Below are positions 56,649 to 64,000 of a stretch of 64,000 nucleotides of DNA, piece after piece. The stretch lies in the NCBI GenBank assembly GCA_012295275.1, contig CM022678.1, forward strand, positions 6,572,001 through 6,636,000, given 5' to 3'. This stretch comes from Chrysomallon squamiferum. Its lineage: Eukaryota > Animalia > Mollusca. Both the position numbers and the translations under genes were made by a program. The notes below the pieces were generated by a model. The model saw only the letters and a list, made by a program, of their open reading frames with translations. It did not search any database and was not told the origin of the DNA. How positions within the stretch are numbered: position 1 is the first letter of the stretch; each line of letters begins with the position of its first letter.

Positions 56649-57251
56649 ACGATAATGGCATAGCGAAATAATTAAAGAATAGCAAAACATACACACACAA
56701 ATTATATATACACATATAAATTATATATTTCACATATACACTCAAATCTTTCATGTGAATCAAACATGTGAATCAATATAAAAAATGCAAAATGTGATTT
56801 AATATAAAAATTATGATTTTTTTATTTATTAAAAATTCATTATTATTAGTTTGCATTTATTATTATTATTATTATTATATTTATTTATTTATTTATTTTA
56901 TTTATTATTATTATTTTTTTTTTTTTGATTACCTCCTACACACTGAGTCAAATCAATGGCCTCGTCATCTTGTTAACCATGTTTTATGTACGAGTTATTT
57001 AACTGCTGTACTACTTTCGTACTGGTAGACCTGAGATCGCTTCTTGGTGCCCGCACTCACTGTAAGTAAGATGGGGTTAAATCTTATATATCGCTTACTG
57101 AAATCCGTTTATTATTATTATTATTATTATTTGTTTGTTAGTTTGAACGAGTAGTAATACCGTTGTAGTAGTTGTTGTAGCAGACGCTGTAATAGTTGTA
57201 GTAATAGCGATAGTAGCATTATTGGTTGTGGTGCTGATGATAATGATGGCT

Positions 57252-57331
<80 letters not shown>

Positions 57332-57439
57332 TGTGGCAAAGGTGATAAATAACGTTATCACCGTATAATTCATATACGGATCGAGAAATTAGTTTTGTAT
57401 AAAAAACCCTATTTAGTAGAAATAATACTGTGACGTAAT

Positions 57440-57520
57440 TTAACGTACGGTAACGTAACGGTAACGTAGCGATAACGTAAAGGTAACGTAACGGTAACAT
57501 AACTTTAACGTAACGTAAAA
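57440..57520. repeat. (G)GTAAC / TAACG short tandem repeat
   Basis: ggtaacgtaacggtaacgtagcgataacgtaaaggtaacgtaacggtaac. Confidence 0.75.
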
Positions 57521-57607
57521 TGAACTAAGACAAAGCGAAACTTCAATTTACGTCTGGGTCTTCCGACAGAAGCGTAACTCGAATATATCTTGTCTCTAAC
57601 TAATCCC

Positions 57608-57621
57608 GTAACCATGGAAAC
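57608..57621. promoter_or_regulatory. RFX X-box-like motif GTAACCATGGAAAC
   Basis: Close match to the X-box consensus; function unproven. Confidence 0.35.
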
Positions 57622-58083
57622 AGAAATATTACAACAACAAAAAATACAACAAGCGGGGCAGTCCAGGCTTTTGTGTGCTGTTTTTTTTTTTTTTTTTTTC
57701 AACTCAACTGCAGAACTTGGACTTGCACTCCATGTAAGCGTGTCACGAAACAGTTGATTTATTCCGTTACGTCAGATTAGCGTGTCATCGTGTTTGCAGT
57801 GTGATAAAGGATTATACGACTGTTTGTTTGGAGACACCCCCAACTGTTGTTAACATTGACAGTTACTGGGTGATCACACTTAGTGAAAGAGAGAAAAAAA
57901 AAAAAAACTTAGGGCCATTTGTAAATTAGGTATCGTGTAAAAGGATAGGCAGGTAGGCTTATCTGAAAGATAGTTTTTTTTTTTATTGTTCTAGCGAAAA
58001 GGATTGATACTGAACGGTTTTGTTTGTAAATTATAAAGGTGTATCTTTGTATATGAACATGACAACAAGAAAACCTGAATAAT

Positions 58084-58184
<101 letters not shown>

Positions 58185-59361
58185 AGACAGATAAACAAAC
58201 TGGTAGAAATTCCAAAGTTTGAGCCTTAATATAATAAGTATAGCGATACGCATTTTAAACAGTTCAAACTAAAATATTTCTGGTATGCTTCCAAAACGCT
58301 TCATTTATGATACTAAGAGGGCATTCAGTACATATATATATATACAAACACACGCAACCACATATATAGATAGATAGATAGATAGAGAGATAGACAGATA
58401 GATAGATACACCAGAGATATATATATACATGTACGGGGTCAGTCTCAAATTCGCTTGTTAAACAGCCACGTCACCGAGATTGGGGTAGCAGATCACTGGC
58501 TTTGACGACCCTGCCACGTGTTCACCAAACACAGTTTCTGTGCCTTCGAATAAACGCTTTAATGGACTGTTTTTCAATGTAAACGATTCACAAGTAATCC
58601 CCACCCCCTTTTGTAACCGCACAGAAAAAAAAAAAAAACGCGTGACGGCACACCAAAACTGCAGACGACAGTTTCAGGTTTCTCAATGGAGTCGTTCGCG
58701 TGCGACCGATTCATTGTTAAAACTTGTTTGGGACGGATACCATCTCGAACACACACAGAGAGTTAAAAAAAAAAAATAAATAAATAGCATTCTACAAAAC
58801 ACAATGGCAGTTCTTTCAAACGAAGAGCTTGTGCTAAGAGCACGCATGGAAATATTAAAGTGTTATGACATACAGAATGGACTTGTTTGAGTGTTTATAA
58901 AATAGTTTAAAAAAAAAAAAAAAAAAAAAAGACTGCGCGCATGGATAAACATCCTTTAATAAAAGCTTCTTATAAATAAATAGGAAAAAAAAATGTCTTC
59001 AAAAGAATTTTAAATACTGTGTATGTGTGTTTGTGTTTGCGTGCGTGTATGTATATATTATATACGAATGTGCGTCTGTTTGTTGTGTACGTGTGTTTGT
59101 TTGTTTGTTACAATATCTATGTTGTTTTGCATGAAATGTACATATTCACGTTTCAGTCAGATAGACAGAAAGTTGTGTCAGATAGATGGATGAATTATAA
59201 GATGTCCGGATAATTAACTAATCTCGTTAATTTCTCTTTCATTTTTTTATTTTTGTTTATTTATTTTTGTTTTTACGTCTTTTTTTATGTATTTATTTTT
59301 ATTATTTATTTATTTTTTGTTTGTTAATTTTAAAACTATAAGTTGCTATTATATAACATAC

Positions 59362-59395
<34 letters not shown>

Positions 59396-59635
59396 TTTAA
59401 TGTAACAAGATTGAAATTTAAATATATTTTGTAAATTTGTGACTCCATAATTAACAATAAATTTACCCAATAATAATTTTAACAAGCTAAATGCTATTCA
59501 ATTTGCCATTATCCTTATTTTATGACATCAGCATAAATAAATAAATATATTAAATGAATTAAATAAATAAAAAAAAAAAAAAAAATTAGAATTCTGCTCT
59601 TTATGTTTGAAAACAAGTCATCATATTAGAATAAG

Positions 59636-59669
<34 letters not shown>

Positions 59670-60479
59670 GTAGTAGTAGTAGTAGTAGTTGTAGTAGTAC
59701 TACTAATTAGTTTTATTTGGTTTTTCGTTAATTGGTTTTGTTACTTTAAATTGGTTCTGTATCTGTAAAATTATGCCTCACTATCTACGAATCCATTATA
59801 AACGTTTCTTTTTCTTCTGATTTATACTGTCTCCTAGATTTAGATATCTTTGTCTGTCTGTCTGTCTCTTAGTCTAATTTATCAGTCAATTTATTTATGT
59901 TTTTATTTATTTATATTAATGTTCAATAATAATTATTGTTGTACTAGTAGTAGCAGTACAGAAGGTCTAGTTGTAGTATTTGGGTAGTAGTAGCAATAGT
60001 AGTAGTAGTAGTAGTTGAAGAAGGGCTGTGGTAGAGTAGTGATAATATAGTATCAAGGTAGTTGTGAAGTTGTAGTAATACTAATCTTACAGTAGTAATA
60101 ATAGTTGTAACATCAGTAAAATTGTTGTTAATAATAATAGCAAATGAAATTAAGTTAATAATAACAACAGTTTTTTTAGCTGTAACATAGTAGTCGTAGT
60201 TGCAGTAGTAGCAACGAAACACGACGTAACACTAGACGATAAACGTAATAATATACGTAATAATTATTCGATAAAACACAAAACATTTGACATCTATACA
60301 TGTTACAACAATAAACCACATAAAAATTTGCTGTACTTTAATATAAAGTCATAGTTAAATAGTTCATGATATAAATACATTGGTTGCATATGAAAAGCTG
60401 TTAGTATAGAATACTTTTTCTGCCTGTCTTTCTCTCATTTTCATTTTTCTGTTTCACTCTCATTTTTTGGTTTTTACAT

Positions 60480-60601
60480 CTCTCTCTCTCTGTACGTGAT
60501 TAATTTTTGGGGGGTATCTGTTTCTCTTTATTTAATTTTTATTTTTACATCATTTTCACTCTTTCATTTTCTCTGTTTTTTTCTAATTAACTCTCTCTCT
60601 C

Positions 60602-60673
<72 letters not shown>

Positions 60674-60771
60674 TAATTTTGGGGGTATCTGTTTCTCTTT
60701 ATTTAATTTTTATTTTCATCATTTTCACTCTTTCATTTTTCTCTGTTTTTTTCTAATTAACTCTCTCTCTC

Positions 60772-60855
<84 letters not shown>

Positions 60856-60958
60856 CGTGATTAATTTTTTTGGGGGTATCTGTTTCTCTTTATTTAATTT
60901 TTATTTTTATATCAATTTTACATCATTTTCACTCTTTCATTTTCTCTGTTTTTTTCTA

Positions 60959-61045
<87 letters not shown>
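60480..61045. repeat. Three tandem copies of a ~185-bp unit, each ending in a (CT)n tract
   Basis: gattaatttt..gggggtatctgtttctctttatttaattttt at ~60498, ~60671 and ~60859. Confidence 0.88.
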
Positions 61046-61049
<4 letters not shown>

Positions 61050-61300
61050 ATTCGTATATTTAAAGCCTGTTTGAACTCACGGTGTCAGATATAATAAAAG
61101 CTGCTTGTTACTCTGATGACGCAGAGAGACAAACAGAAATATTCTAACCTTTAGTCGTACATTTGCGTCAAGTGACAAGTACTAATCTTTCACTTCCTTA
61201 TTCAAAAATAATTGTGTTAACGAAAGAAATACGACTGGTATTACTGCGCTTCAAGTCAGAGAAATATAATCTTTGCGTGCAGGCGGCATGGTATAAACAT

Positions 61301-61400
<100 letters not shown>

Positions 61401-62241
61401 AAGTTGGCTTATGATAGAAATGAAAATTGAAAATAATAATAATAGTAACAGTTGTTAGTATAGTAATTGCACTGAAGGGTATGTTTGAATTCACACAAAA
61501 AACGCAAACTACATACATCTAATTAAGTAATTATCTACCAACACACAGACACAACAATGTCCGGCAAGAGTTATTGCCCTTGCCCCGTTAATGCATCGAA
61601 ATCCACTTGTTTTGATCGAATATAGTTATTTAGATTAAAAAACAACATCAAGAACCAAAAATAATAATAATAATAAAATAAAATAAAATAAAATAAAACA
61701 AAACCCAATGAAGGAAAAAATAAAGAAGGAATAAATGAATATAAGGAAATGATACTTTTTGAGAAGGAAACGAAAACTGAAATAAAAATAGATAACAACT
61801 GATTAGAGCTTAAACAAAATGAAAATAAGACGAAATAATAATAATAATTAAAACAAATCATGATTAGGAAATGCTGTGTGTAATGTGTGTGCGTGCTAAA
61901 ACGTATTTTAAAAAGAAAAAGAAAAAACAACACATTAATGACTGGTGTGTGTGGAAATACAGAAATGTACAATCAAACAAAATAAACATGATTTTAAAAT
62001 ATTCTCCTAACATCCAAGATTTTACATTATATCACATTTCACTAATCTCATATCATTTCTTTATTCAACCAAAATCTTCGGATCTCTTCCATCTTACCAG
62101 ATTTAAGTCGTCTATTCCGCGATGTATTAATTTAACACACCTGCCAACATAATTCCGCCAAAAAGATTTAATTTAACGAAGGCGGCCATGAAAAGAAGGA
62201 TAGGGCTAAAATCCGGACATAACATCGTACATCGATTTTAT

Positions 62242-62300
<59 letters not shown>

Positions 62301-62705
62301 TGGCACCGGTATTTTCTTCTTCATATAGAATATTCTGGGGTTTTTTTGTGTGTGTGTGTGTGTGTGTGTTTTTCTTTTTCTTTATCTAAAGATCAATTTT
62401 GCAATTTTGACGTCTGGTTCTTCAATCGATATATCATGTTTTGCTTTACCTATCTGAATTAGATTCTATTTGTTCTGTGTCTTGGTGGTATTTTTGGTTT
62501 TAGATCTGGCGGAGTGTATTTTTTTCTTTCATATTTTTTTTTTTTTTTTTTTTTTTTTAATTCTTTTGTCTGAATGTAGTTTTGATGTTTTGTTTTGAGG
62601 AAGTGAATATATATTTATATCATTTTTATATACTTTTATTGTCTGGTTTGTTTGTTCGTTGTTGTTGTGTTTTATTTATTTATTTATTTATTTATTGTTA
62701 TCTAT

Positions 62706-62736
<31 letters not shown>

Positions 62737-62812
62737 CTTATTTATTATGGTTTTTTTTGTAGATTTTTTCTTCTGTTTTCTCTTTCTCTTCAAAAAACGA
62801 ACATTCCTTATA

Positions 62813-62908
<96 letters not shown>

Positions 62909-63072
62909 CACATACACATCACACACTGTTATACACATACACACACAAGTGAGAATATTGGTTCGTATTAATATATATATATATATATAATTGTAGATAT
63001 GTAAATAGTTGTACCTATTTAAGTAGAACATGTAAAATGTTGTGGCTATGTGTGAATGTTTGTTTGTGATTG

Positions 63073-63187
<115 letters not shown>

Positions 63188-63669
63188 ACCGATTTAATTT
63201 TCTTCTTCATTTCCTTCTTTTGAGAATATTGTCAGCGCGCAGTCTTAGTCTGAAACGTAAATTAAACCTTCTCTAATTCCACGCTGATCTGTGACGGACG
63301 GTTCTCGCTACCTACCCTCCGGACACAGACGGTCATTTATCACGTGGCGTGATCTGTCCATTCGGTCAGTGAAATGAATTACATGGAAACACACACAGAC
63401 ATCAAAACAATCTTTAATCTTCGGTCTTCTTTTGGAATGACCACTGCCAGAAATTGACCCTTTGAAAAAAAAAAAAAAAAAAAAAATAGTATCACGTATC
63501 CAGTCGGCTTCGTATTTTTTCAAGATTATAAACATGTTATTTTCGTCTTCTATTTTTTTTTTTTTCTCGACAGATTATTTAAAGAACCAAGATCTGTTCT
63601 ACTAATTAAAAAGCGGATGACAAAAATATGGGGAATGGAAAAATAAGGTTAATTTAGGCAGAGGACAAT

Positions 63670-63709
<40 letters not shown>

Positions 63710-64000
63710 AAAGGTTGATGTACGAATTCATGAAGCTACATTTAATTTCTTTTTTTTTTTTTTTTTGTTGTTTTTTTTCGTCCGCATGATAGTGTTTCAA
63801 AGGTCCTTGCCTGCTATATAAAAAATAAATAAAATAAAATACTATAACAAATGAATATATAAGACTGTAATATATTAAATGTAAATTAATAAATTAAAAA
63901 GGTAGATAACAACCAAACAGGCATATAGGTGAATATTCAGTTAGACACACAGATGGATGGATTGATGTATGGACAGGATGGAGAGAAGATAAGTAGACAG

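Noticed and set aside
63308-63470. Minus-strand block with acceptor-like and donor-like ends (GSISGSGHSKRRPK...LCPEG)
   Set aside because: No recognisable homology and no phase-compatible partner exon found.

Overview
Eukaryotic, very AT-rich and microsatellite-saturated genomic DNA. Composition and GPCR types suggest an invertebrate, most plausibly a mollusc or cephalopod; this is inference, not established from the sequence. Five protein-coding loci can be reconstructed by hand. (1-2) Two near-identical class A (rhodopsin-like, FMRFamide/peptide- or chemoreceptor-like) GPCR genes with intron-free coding regions lie in the arms of a ~19 kb inverted duplication (copy A + 1742-2811; copy B - 18017-16901), each broken by different 1-bp deletions. 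(3) An intact, GC-rich, single-coding-exon peptide-receptor-like class A GPCR (- 11662-10397) sits in the spacer, next to a third, CDS-less remnant of the duplicated gene's 5' region. (4) A four-exon divergent calmodulin-like EF-hand gene (+ 28386-33252). (5) A 13-coding-exon SLC18B1-like MFS transporter (- 49781-38181) with one 1-bp frameshift. Nearly all other ORFs in the track are simple-repeat artefacts. The most unusual recurring signal is that tandem repeats in three different genes are built from copies of the gene's own splice site, with some copies carrying a destroyed GT or AG. No prokaryotic systems, CRISPR arrays, rRNA or tRNA were seen. No coding gene could be supported in 19-28 kb or 50-64 kb.
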